64,000 nucleotides of DNA from Phycisphaeraceae bacterium (GCA_963674705.1 OY771506.1:2432001-2496000), one strand, 5' to 3'. Positions 19,539-29,556 are shown, counted from the first letter of the stretch. Notes: generated from the letters alone by a model not told the origin. Program-made: numbers and translations.

Positions 19539-21206
19539 TTACGGCATATCAACGTAATGCAGCAGCTCATCACGATGCAGTTGATATTCGCCGTTGGGTA
19601 GAGGTTGTTTGTGCATGAAGATGATATCAAACGACTTGATGTGTTCAGAGGGCGAATGAGCTTCATCGTACGACCTGGCAAGGTATTCAGCGAAGGGATG
19701 CAGGTAGTACTTGAAGTCCGGCTTGGCGAGGTTGCGCAGGTATCGACGCCAGCGCGTGCCGGGATCATGCCAGACCTGGCCTTGTGGATCAGACCAGTTG
19801 ACGGGCCTGCCTGTGAAGACGTCAATATGTGAACCGTTTGCCAGTTCAGCTGGCATGTAGAACCAGCCGTCGTAATCCAGGGCTTCGGCCTTGGGAGAGA
19901 TCATATTCCAGCCCTGATCCATACGAAGCACATCACCGCCTACGGCGACCTGCACCGGCACGATCGGCTCATCACTCACGGAGTTGAGCCATTGCAGGTT
20001 CCAGACCACCACGTAAACCAGCGCAAGTGAAGCAACGACCTGCTCCCACCCGCGGGCCCGGATGCCTTGCTGGCGGTCGGTCGGGATATCAATCAGGACA
20101 TCACCGGTACCTCGACGGGAGATGGATAAACCGGTCGGCAGCCAGTTGAGCATGGCAAACCACCACATGGACCTCGGTGGGCTGGCCCGTAAGCCTTTGT
20201 TTCGTCGGCTGCGGTTCTTGATCCAGTCCCACCACTTACTCGGTACGAAGATGAGCCAGCTCAGTGCGGCGACATACGGCAGGAGCCCGAGTTTGAGGCT
20301 CATCGCCAGTGCCAGGTGCGTGCCGATCATCGCGACGATCACGAGCATCCGTGTCCAGCCGGTCCATACGGGGCAGAACACCAGCAGTGGCGCGGCGATC
20401 GCTAGCCCGAACGCGGTCCAGGTCAGGATCGGAAGCAACCAGTCGATCTGGCGGACCCACAGGCCGAAGGATGTGACGAGTTGGTCGACGTTGAGTGCGT
20501 AATACGCCGCGTCCCGGTGCCACCACATCGGGTGGTCTTTAAAGGTCGCGGTGAACCAATAGACCAGGCACACCTGTAGCATTATGGCGACGCCCGCGAC
20601 GGAGAGCAGGTTGTTGTCTTTGCGATGACATAGTTTCAGCGGGCCTGTGGTTGCGTCGATCGACCACCGCGCCCCCAGCGGCAGCATCATGCCCCAGAAG
20701 AGCATGAGCCGTAATAATGCATCGCCGGATTGCAGGACGACCGGATTGCGATGGTGCAGACTCAGCAGCAATACCCATGATGCGAAGGTGGACAGTCGTG
20801 TGCGGATACCCAGCAGCAGTTTGAAGGCAAAGTAGCCCGCCAGCAGAAACAGGGCGACCTGCCAGTAGGCTGACCCGCTGATTACATGCAGGGAGAGATA
20901 GGAGCGTAACCCTTCGGTTTCAAACAGGACGGACCGGGGCAGAACCCCCATATCGGTGTAATGGGCGACCAGGTCTTGGCTCCGGCCGATCAGGTCGATG
21001 ATTAACAGCGAAGCCAGACCGATCCGGATTGCCGCCAGGGAGCGAAGATCGACACGGCAAAGGTCCGCGACCTTGGCGATACAGGCTGCCAGCCATATAG
21101 CGCGGGGACGCGCCGGCGGACACACCGCTGCTACCGCGTTGCCCGTAGCTTCCCCAATGCCCGGCGTCCCGGACTTCAGCCCTTGATCCCTCAAATCGTC
21201 CAACAC
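19539..21206 (-). CDS. HTTM domain membrane protein (vitamin K-dependent gamma-carboxylase-like)
   Basis: DLRSLAAIRI, YTD.GVLPR, RNP....GD, LPLGARWSID, Y......K....W and RMDQ.W.M..P....DGW. Multiple TM helices; the start is uncertain. Confidence 0.8.
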   Translation of the reverse strand: MLDDLRDQGLKSGTPGIGEATGNAVAAVCPPARPRAIWLAACIAKVADLCRVDLRSLAAIRIGLASLLIIDLIGRSQDLVAHYTDMGVLPRSVLFETEGLRSYLSLHVISGSAYWQVALFLLAGYFAFKLLLGIRTRLSTFASWVLLLSLHHRNPVVLQSGDALLRLMLFWGMMLPLGARWSIDATTGPLKLCHRKDNNLLSVAGVAIMLQVCLVYWFTATFKDHPMWWHRDAAYYALNVDQLVTSFGLWVRQIDWLLPILTWTAFGLAIAAPLLVFCPVWTGWTRMLVIVAMIGTHLALAMSLKLGLLPYVAALSWLIFVPSKWWDWIKNRSRRNKGLRASPPRSMWWFAMLNWLPTGLSISRRGTGDVLIDIPTDRQQGIRARGWEQVVASLALVYVVVWNLQWLNSVSDEPIVPVQVAVGGDVLRMDQGWNMISPKAEALDYDGWFYMPAELANGSHIDVFTGRPVNWSDPQGQVWHDPGTRWRRYLRNLAKPDFKYYLHPFAEYLARSYDEAHSPSEHIKSFDIIFMHKQPLPNGEYQLHRDELLHYVDMP

Positions 21207-21378
21207 CCGCCTCCGACGGTTACCATACAGTATTAGCGACGCTTCGACCTATCTCATCGGCTAACCGTGTGTCGCCTGCCAAAATCTCTCTGCAAAACCC
21301 TCTTGGTCAGACATGCCCGCGGTAAGACTGAACGTGATCTGACGTAACTTCCAGACAGACACTGTAACGCAACCTTGC

Positions 21379-21405
21379 AATAAAAAACCCCACCAATAGG
21401 TGGGG
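21379..21405 (-). terminator. Intrinsic terminator of rpsT
   Basis: Minus strand CCCCACC-TATT-GGTGGGG followed by TTTTTTATT. Confidence 0.8.
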
Positions 21406-21441
21406 AAGGCTGATTTTGTGCAAATTTTTATATAACCATTA

Positions 21442-21717
21442 TTAGGCCGAGGCGGCCATTTTTTGGTTTAACTTGGCTGTTAAACGTGACTTATAGCGAG
21501 CGGCCGTATTTTTATGCATGGTGCTGGTGGAAGCAGCCTTGTCCAGCAATTTGTAGAGACCGTCGAGCTTGGTCTTGGCATCTTCATTGCTGCCGTGGAG
21601 GATCGCCTCGCGGTAATCCTTCATGGCTTCACGGATTCTGCTTTTGCGCCAGCGGTTGACGGACCGGGCTTTAGCGTTTTGACGGATACGTTTGCGGGCG
21701 CTGACTGAATGTGCCAT
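21442..21717 (-). CDS. rpsT: 30S ribosomal protein S20
   Basis: MAHSVSARKRIRQN...NR..KS, LDKAA...HKNTAARYKSRL. Confidence 0.97.
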   Translation of the reverse strand: MAHSVSARKRIRQNAKARSVNRWRKSRIREAMKDYREAILHGSNEDAKTKLDGLYKLLDKAASTSTMHKNTAARYKSRLTAKLNQKMAASA

Positions 21718-21793
21718 TTCTGGTTTCCTCTTTGTGGCTTAGCCGGTGATATCCGAGGCGATATCCCGGGGCCGGGGTTATTTTGAGCCATGT

Positions 21794-21822
21794 ATTATGC
21801 CGGATGTTCACGGATCAGGCAA
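21794..21822 (-). promoter_or_regulatory. Sigma70-type promoter for rpsT
   Basis: TTGCCT-N17-CATAAT on the minus strand. Confidence 0.45.
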
Positions 21823-21909
21823 ATTAGACGTGTAGTGTGCCGCTAGCGGAGTCTATCCCATGGTGCGTGTCTGCAGCGGATTATCCACAATGCTAATAGT
21901 TTCTAAATC

Positions 21910-21937
21910 TTGACATGAAGCGGGGTTTGACTAAGCT
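21910..21937 (+). promoter_or_regulatory. Sigma70-type promoter for the nusA-infB operon leader
   Basis: TTGACA-N16-TAAGCT. Confidence 0.55.
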
Positions 21938-22232
21938 TAGGGGTTCAATCCGGCATGGTGCCGGATTGGCCGGGGAGAGTGTGTGCCTAAGGCAGGAAGC
22001 GTTATGCGGCAGAAACAGGCCAAACTTTGGAACGGGGCGGCGGTCAAGTGATGGGCTGGCCCCATCAGTACCGTGTGCCCGGCATGCCAGGGTTCGGAGG
22101 CCATCCCGAGCGGATCACACAGACGGTCCGCGGAGAGGGGGTGGCGTTGCGGGTGTAGCCCGTGTTATGTCGCATCCTGCCGACCTCGGTGGAGTTTATT
22201 TTATGCTCCCAGCCGTTGGTCAGTTGCCTGGG

Positions 22233-22267
22233 CCACGAGCGTGTTGACGCTGCGTGGTTTTTTGTTT
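22233..22267 (+). terminator. Terminator/attenuator hairpin within the nusA leader
   Basis: CCACG-AGCGT-GTTG-ACGCT-G-CGTGG followed by TTTTTTGTTT, about 160 nt before the nusA ATG. Confidence 0.65.
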
Positions 22268-22425
22268 GGCAAGACGGCACTGTCTCAGTAGTTGGATTCT
22301 TAAAGGCCAGTGTCCGCCGGCCTGAAAAAGCGCGGACGACAATTTGGCAAGCACCGGGCCTCAAAGCGAAGCGGGCGGACCGCAAAGCAGGTCTGGGATC
22401 AGAGCAATCAGGAAAGTAGGACATC

Positions 22426-23886
22426 ATGAGTATCAACAACGCTGAAATGCTTCGGCTGATCGATTCCATCTCACGTGATCGCAACGTGGACAAGGAATCC
22501 CTGTTCTCGGATATCGAGCAGGCGATGGTTTCCGCTGCACGCAAGCACTTCAACGCTTTGGATACCGACGAATTCTCTTCCGAGGTCGATCGGCTGACCG
22601 GGCAGATCCGTGTCTGGCGCGGTGATGATGAGATCGAACTGGAAGAACTCGGGCGCATCCCCGCGCAGACAGCCAAACAGGTCATGATCCAACGGTTCCG
22701 CGAGGACGAGCGGGCCAGCATCTATAACGAATTCATCGACCGGGTCGGCGAACTGACCACCGGCATGGCCCAGCGTTACGAAGGCGGCTCGCTGGTCGTA
22801 TCAATCGGCCGGGCCGAGGGCTTCATGCCGCGTAGCGAGCAGATCCCCGGCGAGCAGCATCAGCCCGGTGAGCGTGTGCGTTGCCTGATCCTGGATGTCC
22901 GGGATGCTGGCAACCAGGTGAAGATCGTGCTCAGCCGAGCGGACGAGATGTTCATCCGTCGTTTGTTCGAGATCGAAGTGCCTGAAGTAGCCGAACGCAT
23001 CATCGAGATCAAGGCCATGGCCCGCGAGCCAGGACACCGCACGAAGATCGCGGTCAGCTCGATCGACTCGAAGGTCGACGCGGTCGGTGCGTGCGTCGGT
23101 GTACGAGGCAGCCGAATCAAGAACATTGTGGATGAACTGGGCGGCGAAAAGATCGACATCGTGCGTTGGAACGAGTCCAGCCAGATCCTGATCCAGAACG
23201 CGTTGAAGCCGGCCGAGGTGGTGGAAATCTCGCTGTGCTTTGAGCTCGGTCGCGCGACCGTGGTGGTCAATGAAGACCAGCTCTCGCTGGCGATCGGCAA
23301 GCGTGGCCAGAACGTGCGTCTGGCAGCCAAGCTGACCAACTGGGATATCGACATCCTGACGCCGCCGGAGTTCACCAAGAGCCTGGACATCCTCGAAGCC
23401 TGCCTCAAGAAAGTAGAAGGGCTGGAGGAGGACCACATCGACAAGCTGGCGGCACTGGGCGTGATCAGCGTGTTCGACGTGGAAGAAGTCGGCGCTCCAT
23501 ACCTGGAAGAAACGCTGGGTCTGGACGAAGAACTGGCCGAGCAGATGGTCAACACAGCGACCGAACGGGCGAAGGAAGTGGCCGAGGAACAGGCCCGCGA
23601 GAAGGAAGTAGCCGAGAAGGCTCGCCAGGAAGAAGAGCAGCGTCTGGCGTCGATGCCGGGCGAAGCCCAAGCGGCGTCCGTGCTGGGCGATCTGCTGCCT
23701 GATACCGGCGGCTCGATCGTGGAGATGCTGGAACAGCGCCAGGAAACCGGCGCGGATGTGGATGTTGAGGAAGCCGGTGTTGTCGTTGAGGATTCGGCGC
23801 AGCCGTCTGAAGTTGCCGATAGCGCTGTTGAGGGCGAGGGCGGCTCGGATGATGAATCAGCGGACGGTGGCGAAGAGCAGAAGTAA
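22426..23886 (+). CDS. nusA: Transcription termination/antitermination factor NusA
   Basis: GRIPAQTAKQV, S1 domain, LFEIEVPE, AREPG.RTKIAV, GACVG.RGSRI and SLAIGKRGQNVRLA, with an acidic C-terminal extension. Confidence 0.98.
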   Translation: MSINNAEMLRLIDSISRDRNVDKESLFSDIEQAMVSAARKHFNALDTDEFSSEVDRLTGQIRVWRGDDEIELEELGRIPAQTAKQVMIQRFREDERASIYNEFIDRVGELTTGMAQRYEGGSLVVSIGRAEGFMPRSEQIPGEQHQPGERVRCLILDVRDAGNQVKIVLSRADEMFIRRLFEIEVPEVAERIIEIKAMAREPGHRTKIAVSSIDSKVDAVGACVGVRGSRIKNIVDELGGEKIDIVRWNESSQILIQNALKPAEVVEISLCFELGRATVVVNEDQLSLAIGKRGQNVRLAAKLTNWDIDILTPPEFTKSLDILEACLKKVEGLEEDHIDKLAALGVISVFDVEEVGAPYLEETLGLDEELAEQMVNTATERAKEVAEEQAREKEVAEKARQEEEQRLASMPGEAQAASVLGDLLPDTGGSIVEMLEQRQETGADVDVEEAGVVVEDSAQPSEVADSAVEGEGGSDDESADGGEEQK

Positions 23887-23982
23887 ATCTGCCTTGAGAC
23901 AAGGTGGATAAATGATTTACGACGTGCCAAGGGGTGCGTCGAACCTAAGGCCGGCCGCGAACCGGGCCGGAAGGAGTTGGAC

Positions 23983-26928
23983 TTGGCCAAAGCCAAGCGC
24001 GTATTCGAATTAGCTAAAGAGCTGGGTGTCAAGAGCAAGGCCATCGTTGAGAAGTGCCAAGCCGAGGGCGTCCCGGACATCACGAATCACATGTCGACCG
24101 TGAAGGTCGGCCTGGCGGTGACTATACACCAATGGTTCAGTGAAGAATCATCCGATGCTGACACAGCCGTGGAGACCGCCGAGAAGGTGGACCTCACCAA
24201 GGTGCGTAAGGCCCGTAAGAAGGCTGTGTCTAAGAGCGAATCGAAGGATGAGGATTCGTCAGCCACGGCGACCGCGACCTTGGACGCTCCGATTACGGCT
24301 CCGACGAAAGAGTCAGTGGATGAGACTTCTGAGACTACCACCAGCCCAACCAAAGCAACTAAAGCCACCAAGGCAAAGAAGATCCCCGCTCAGCCCGAAC
24401 CCAGCGAACCGGCTCAAGAACCCGTCGTCGAACAGAAGCCGGCCGAATCTGTGGTCGAAACCCAGCCTGAGACTCCGGTGGTCGTACCCGCTACCGAGCA
24501 AACAACCACAATCGAAGAAACCAAGCCTCAGGTACCTGCGGACCAGGACAAAGCCGCCTCAGCACCGGCAGCCGCTGAGGAGGCGCCGCCTGTTGCAGCC
24601 GAAAAGAAGGCTCCTGCACCGCCTGAACCGCCCAAACCGGTTGGCAAACCCAACGTCCCGACCAGGCCCGATGTGGTCAAACCCGCCGGCGAACAGTTGG
24701 CCAAGCCCCAGCAGGTTCAGCTCAAGGGCCCGAAGGTATTGCGCATCGAGAAGCCCGAACCGGAGCGACCGCCCAGACCACGCAAGCAATCCGGCGGTGG
24801 TGGTTATGGTGGCGGTGGAGCGCCGGGGATGATGGATGACGACGGCGTCCCGGGCATCACCCGTACACGCGGTCCGGCTCGTGGCCGTGGCGCAGGTGGC
24901 GGTGGTGGTGGTGGTGGCGGTGGTGGGGATCAGCAAGGCCGGCCGAACAAGCGGCGTGGCATGAACAGCCGCCGTCAACGCGGTGAAGTCTTGCCTTCCG
25001 GCCCGACGAAGTTCAGCCAGGCCGACATGGAAGAACTGGATGCCCGGCTTTCCGGCTCTACCGGTTTCCTCAAGCAGCGTCGGCGTAATCTGCGTAAGAC
25101 CGAACACTCGGGACAGGCCGCTCAAACGCCCATCGTTACCGGCGGGAAGGTCGAGATCCAGGAACCGATCACCATCAAAGCTCTAAGCGCCGCGACCGGT
25201 ATCAAGGGAGCTGACGTTGTTAAGTGGTTGTTCAAGAAGGGCATCATGGCCACGATCAACTCGGCGATCGAGACCGAGGCCGCGATGGAGGTTGCCTTGG
25301 AGTACGACATCGAACTGGAGGTCAAGGAACAGCAGACTGCCGAACAGGTTGTTGAGCAGGAATTTGCCGAACGTGATTCGGTCGATGTCCGTCCTCGCCC
25401 ACCAGTCGTTACCGTACTCGGTCACGTCGACCACGGTAAGACTTCGCTGCTGGACAGGATCCGCCAGGCGGACGTTGCTTCTCATGAAGCCGGTGGCATT
25501 ACTCAGCACGTCGGTGCGTACCGCGTCACCGTCAAGGGCTCGGATGAGCAGGATAAGACGGTTGTCTTCCTGGATACACCCGGCCACGAAGCGTTTACCT
25601 CGATGCGTGCACGTGGTGCAGGGATGACCGACCTGGTTGTGCTGGTTGTCGCTGCCGATGACGGTGTGATGCCACAGACGGTTGAATCGATCAACCACGC
25701 CAAGGCCGCCGGTGTTCCGATCATCGTCGCGTTGAACAAGATCGATATCCCACAAGCGACCGAGGAAAACATCCAGAAGATCTACGGTCAGTTAGCCGAG
25801 CACGGGCTGAACCCCGTAGACTGGGGCGGTGAAACGGAAATCATCAAGACGTCAGCAGAAACTGGCCAAGGTGTCCAGGACCTCCTGGAAGTCCTGGACT
25901 ATCAGGCTGAACTGCTCGAACTTAAGGCCGACTACGGCGGTCCCGCTCGTGGCGCCGTCATCGAAGCCGAGATGCAGCCCGGCCGCGGTTCCGTTGCTCG
26001 CGTATTGATCCAGGACGGACAGATCAAGGTCGGCGACTTCATCGTGATCGGCCGTGCGTTTGGTCGCGTGCGTGACATGACCAACGACCGTGATCAGTCG
26101 ATCAAGGAAGCCGGCCCGGCGACCCCGCTGGAACTGTCGGGTATCGACGAGATCCCGGACGCAGGCGACAAGGTCTACGTGACCCAGACCCTTCAGAAGG
26201 CGGAAAGTGTTGCCCAGCAATACCGTGACGCCGAACGTCAGAAGATGCTGGCAGCCCAGACGAAGGTCACGCTGGACAACTTCGCCGCGACGATCAAGGC
26301 AGGCCAGGCCAACCAACTGCGTGTTGTGCTCAAGGCCGACGTGCAAGGCTCCATGGACGTGCTTGTCAAGACTTTGGAAAAACTCGGCAACGACGAGGTC
26401 AACGTCAAGGTTATCCACTCCGCGGTTGGCGGCGTGACGGAAAACGACGTGCTGCTGGCCGATGCATCCGATGCGATCGTGATTGGTTTCCACGTCGTGG
26501 CGACCAGCACCGTCAGGGAGATCGCCGAAGCCCGCGGTGTGGACATCCGGCTCTATCGCGTGATCTACGATATCACCGACGACGTAACCAAGGCGCTGGA
26601 GGGCATGCTTGCCCCCGAGACGCTGGAAGAAGTACTCGGCCAGGCCGAGGTCAAACAGGTGTTCAAGATCGGCAAGGTCGGCATGATCGCTGGCTGCCTG
26701 GTGACCGAGGGCACGTTCCAGAAGTCGGGCAAGGCGAGGCTGGAGCGGGACGGGATCGTCGTGACCGACAACCGCGAGGTCGAGAGCCTGCGGCGTGTGA
26801 AGGATGACGTCAAGGAGGTTCGCTCCGGCACCGAGTGCGGCATCCGGCTTAAGGGCTTCGATGACCTCAAGCCCGGCGACACCGTTGTTTGCTACAACGT
26901 CAAGCAGGTGAAACGGAAGCTGGAGTAG
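23983..26928 (+). CDS. infB: Translation initiation factor IF-2
   Basis: [11 protein letters not shown]-domain, [39 protein letters not shown] and ECGI. AAGGAG SD lies 6 nt before TTG 23983. Confidence 0.98.
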   Translation: MAKAKRVFELAKELGVKSKAIVEKCQAEGVPDITNHMSTVKVGLAVTIHQWFSEESSDADTAVETAEKVDLTKVRKARKKAVSKSESKDEDSSATATATLDAPITAPTKESVDETSETTTSPTKATKATKAKKIPAQPEPSEPAQEPVVEQKPAESVVETQPETPVVVPATEQTTTIEETKPQVPADQDKAASAPAAAEEAPPVAAEKKAPAPPEPPKPVGKPNVPTRPDVVKPAGEQLAKPQQVQLKGPKVLRIEKPEPERPPRPRKQSGGGGYGGGGAPGMMDDDGVPGITRTRGPARGRGAGGGGGGGGGGGDQQGRPNKRRGMNSRRQRGEVLPSGPTKFSQADMEELDARLSGSTGFLKQRRRNLRKTEHSGQAAQTPIVTGGKVEIQEPITIKALSAATGIKGADVVKWLFKKGIMATINSAIETEAAMEVALEYDIELEVKEQQTAEQVVEQEFAERDSVDVRPRPPVVTVLGHVDHGKTSLLDRIRQADVASHEAGGITQHVGAYRVTVKGSDEQDKTVVFLDTPGHEAFTSMRARGAGMTDLVVLVVAADDGVMPQTVESINHAKAAGVPIIVALNKIDIPQATEENIQKIYGQLAEHGLNPVDWGGETEIIKTSAETGQGVQDLLEVLDYQAELLELKADYGGPARGAVIEAEMQPGRGSVARVLIQDGQIKVGDFIVIGRAFGRVRDMTNDRDQSIKEAGPATPLELSGIDEIPDAGDKVYVTQTLQKAESVAQQYRDAERQKMLAAQTKVTLDNFAATIKAGQANQLRVVLKADVQGSMDVLVKTLEKLGNDEVNVKVIHSAVGGVTENDVLLADASDAIVIGFHVVATSTVREIAEARGVDIRLYRVIYDITDDVTKALEGMLAPETLEEVLGQAEVKQVFKIGKVGMIAGCLVTEGTFQKSGKARLERDGIVVTDNREVESLRRVKDDVKEVRSGTECGIRLKGFDDLKPGDTVVCYNVKQVKRKLE

Positions 26929-26937
26929 GATTCGTGA

Positions 26938-27021
26938 CTGGTGGCTAGTGTCTGGTGGCTGGCCGGACATGCCATGTGCCGCTTGATAGACCAGCCACGA
27001 ACCACCAGACACCAGCCACCA
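26938..27021. repeat. Inverted repeat with 7-nt periodic arms
   Basis: CTGGTGG CTAGTGT CTGGTGG CTGG versus CCAGCCA CGAACCA CCAGACA CCAGCCA CCA, with a 19/20 complementary core. Confidence 0.75.
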
Positions 27022-27024
27022 CCT

Positions 27025-27315
27025 ATGGTCATCGGGATACTTCAGGTTGAATTGACGATCGATGGGGCGGACTCGCTTAAGGACAAGCGTCGTGTGGTCA
27101 GCAGCCTGAAAGATCGGCTGCACCGGGAGCACCAGGTCTCGGTGGCCGAGGTCGGCACGCAGGACACGCACCGAACCGCGACCCTTGGGCTGGCGGTGGT
27201 CAGCACCGAAGTACCGCACTGCCAGGGCGTGCTCGACGGGATATTAAACAAGCTGCGAAACGGTCGAGGCTTTGTCCTGGCCGATCACAAAGTGGAAATA
27301 CTGTCCGGGAGATAG
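27025..27315 (+). CDS. DUF503 (YlxP-like) protein
   Basis: MVIG.L.VEL.I....SLKDKR.VV.SL..RL....VSVAEV..QD, in the classic position between infB and rbfA. Confidence 0.9.
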   Translation: MVIGILQVELTIDGADSLKDKRRVVSSLKDRLHREHQVSVAEVGTQDTHRTATLGLAVVSTEVPHCQGVLDGILNKLRNGRGFVLADHKVEILSGR

Positions 27316-27432
27316 ATGGAAAGGTATTACTGGATGATGGATTAAAGAATGAAGAAACTCAGTGATAGCCAATAAGTTTGTTTGCTATGTCTATCCCAAT
27401 TCGGCATTCATGATTCGGATTCCATACTAAAA

Positions 27433-27843
27433 ATGTCACACCGCATCGCACAAGTTGAAGCCACGTTGAAGAAGGCGGTTGCCGAGGTATTGCAGCGAGA
27501 CCTGTCCGACCCGCGTGTGGATGCATTTGTCAGCATCACCCGTGTCAAAATCTCGCCCGACATGGCATACGCGACCATCTACGTCTCGATCATGCCCGAG
27601 GAAAAGCAGAGCAAGAATATCCATGGCCTGCAAAGCGCTACCGGTCATATCCGGAAACTGGTGCTAAAGAAAATGGCGACCCGCACGGTACCGAGAATCC
27701 GGTTCGAGTTGGACGAGTCATTGAAAAAGCAGGCCGAAGTATACGCCGCCATTCAACGCGGCAATGAGAAAACACCACCCTTAAAGGGTGACACCCCCAA
27801 TCAGACCCCCGCCGACGAAGGCGCAGAGGACGAATCGAAGTGA
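27433..27843 (+). CDS. rbfA: Ribosome-binding factor A
   Basis: DPRV...SITRVKISPDM.YA.IYVS, GL.SA.G.IR and R.VP.I.F.LDES. Confidence 0.95.
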   Translation: MSHRIAQVEATLKKAVAEVLQRDLSDPRVDAFVSITRVKISPDMAYATIYVSIMPEEKQSKNIHGLQSATGHIRKLVLKKMATRTVPRIRFELDESLKKQAEVYAAIQRGNEKTPPLKGDTPNQTPADEGAEDESK

Positions 27844-28634
27844 AGCACGAACCGGCGCAGATTAAGAAACTCAACAGCCTCATGAAAAAGCTGAAGACCC
27901 GGTACAAGAATCCAGAGGACCCGGGTTACGAACCGACCACGCAACTGATCATGGCGTTTCTTCAGGCAGACGCCTCGAGGCGCAAGGCCGAGCAGGCATA
28001 TGACGCATTAATGGAGCACATGGTTGACAACAACGAACTGCGGGTCAGCCATACGCAAGAAATCATCGAGGTCATCGGCGATAAGTATCCGCGCGCGCAT
28101 TGGCGTGTCGAGCGGATGCGTGAATCCCTCAACGAGGTGTATCGTCGCGAGCATGACATCAAGATGGTCAAGGCCGCGGGGATGAACAAGAAGGACCAGC
28201 GTCATTACCTGGATACTTTGCCGGGCATCACGCCTTATGTGGCCGCGAGCGTGATGTTGCTGAGTTTTGGCGGACACGCGATCCCGGTGGATGACAAGCT
28301 GGCGTCGCTACTGGCGAGGGAAGGTGTTGTTGACGAGGGTGTACCGCCCGCCGATGTCGAGGCGCTGTTGCTGCGTCAGTTCAAAGCCGGTGAGCAATCG
28401 GTCGAAGCACACCTGCTGCTCCAGTCATGGTCCGATGCCTGTAAAACACCGACATCGGTAACCAGCGCACCCGAGCCCTCGACGGTTAAGGCTGAAAACG
28501 TACGTGAAGATCAGAAGCGCGAATCCGTCAAGGTGGCCAGCGTCAAGAAAACACAAGCCCCGTCGTCGACGAGCACCAACAAAAAAACCAAGAGTACAAC
28601 CAAGAAGACCGCATCACGGTCCAAGAAGAAGTGA
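27840..28634 (+). CDS. HhH-GPD (endonuclease III-like) fold protein with a basic C-terminal tail
   Basis: LDTLPGITPYVAASVMLLSFGGHAIPVD resembles the HhH-GPD motif; no Fe-S cysteines. Overlaps rbfA by GTGA. Confidence 0.65.
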   Translation: MKHEPAQIKKLNSLMKKLKTRYKNPEDPGYEPTTQLIMAFLQADASRRKAEQAYDALMEHMVDNNELRVSHTQEIIEVIGDKYPRAHWRVERMRESLNEVYRREHDIKMVKAAGMNKKDQRHYLDTLPGITPYVAASVMLLSFGGHAIPVDDKLASLLAREGVVDEGVPPADVEALLLRQFKAGEQSVEAHLLLQSWSDACKTPTSVTSAPEPSTVKAENVREDQKRESVKVASVKKTQAPSSTSTNKKTKSTTKKTASRSKKK

Positions 28635-28644
28635 ATTGAGGAAG

Positions 28645-29535
28645 ATGAATACAAAGCTTGATGAGGCGCTATTGCGCATCGGTATCCCGAAGGGGAGCTT
28701 GCAGGATGCAACGATCGACCTGTTCGATCGTGCAGGATACAACATTAATGTGTCCAGCCGTTCTTACTTTCCAAGTATCGACGATCCAGACCTTGCCGCG
28801 GTGATGTTCCGCGCCCAGGAGATGAGCCGATACGTTGAAGACGGTGTGATCGATATGGGTATCACCGGCCATGATTGGGTCGTTGAGAACGGTTCGGATG
28901 TACACGAAGTCTGCGAACTGAAGTACTCCCGTGCGACAAGCAGGCCCGCGACTTGGGTCCTGGCCGTGCCGGAAGAATCAGATATCCACGGACCGGAAGA
29001 TCTGTCCGGTGGCATCATCGCTACCGAACTGATCGGCACGACGGAGCGCTACTTCAAAGACAAGGGTATCCAGGTCAAGAAAGTCGAATTCAGTTGGGGC
29101 GCGACGGAAGTCAAGGCCCGACTCGTTGATGCGATTGTTGACATCACGGAGACCGGCTCATCACTACGCGCCAACAAGTTGCGGGTGATCGATACGCTGC
29201 TGACCAGCACGACCCGTCTGATCGCCAACAAGCAGGCGTGGGAAGACCCCAGGAAGCGCGCTAAGATTGAAGACCTGGCGCTGCTGCTGCTGGGTGCGAT
29301 TGATGCGAAGTCGAAGGTCGGCCTGAAGATGAATGTCCCCAGGGCGAAGCTGGATGGGGTACTGAAGATATTGCCATCCGAACAGTCGCCGACGGTTAAT
29401 GCGTTGGCCGACGAGAACTGGGTTGCCGTCGAGGTCGTACTGGATGAGCGGGTCGAACGTGATATGGTGCCTGCATTGAAACGTGCCGGGGCGACCGCGA
29501 TCTTCAGCTACCCGCTCAAGAAAGTGATCCCCTGA
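28645..29535 (+). CDS. hisG: ATP phosphoribosyltransferase (long form)
   Basis: LRIGIPKGSL, RAQEM..YV..G..D.GITG.DW, GATE, DAIVDITETGSSLRAN.L and a C-terminal regulatory domain (SPTV). Confidence 0.96.
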   Translation: MNTKLDEALLRIGIPKGSLQDATIDLFDRAGYNINVSSRSYFPSIDDPDLAAVMFRAQEMSRYVEDGVIDMGITGHDWVVENGSDVHEVCELKYSRATSRPATWVLAVPEESDIHGPEDLSGGIIATELIGTTERYFKDKGIQVKKVEFSWGATEVKARLVDAIVDITETGSSLRANKLRVIDTLLTSTTRLIANKQAWEDPRKRAKIEDLALLLLGAIDAKSKVGLKMNVPRAKLDGVLKILPSEQSPTVNALADENWVAVEVVLDERVERDMVPALKRAGATAIFSYPLKKVIP

Positions 29536-29556
29536 CCGGGCGCCTGAATCCCGGGA

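Noticed and set aside
21881..21889. Perfect DnaA box TTATCCACA near rpsT, at a gene-strand switch and 11 kb from gyrB: possible oriC
   Set aside because: It is a single box with no cluster, no dnaA/dnaN nearby and no obvious unwinding element. At most it is a regulatory site next to the nusA promoter.
21921..21952. GGTTCAATCC resembling a tRNA T-loop
   Set aside because: No cloverleaf, acceptor stem or CCA end can be built; the sequence belongs to the promoter and first leader hairpin.
24895..24927. (GGT)n run in infB as a phase-variation tract
   Set aside because: It is an in-frame trinucleotide run encoding a Gly linker, typical of the variable IF-2 N-terminal region.
22801..27219. Long antisense ORFs opposite nusA and infB (and similar ones opposite proS, thrC, gyrB, mfd and ligA)
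   Set aside because: These are shadow ORFs expected from high-GC codon bias; they show no motifs and overlap unambiguous genes.
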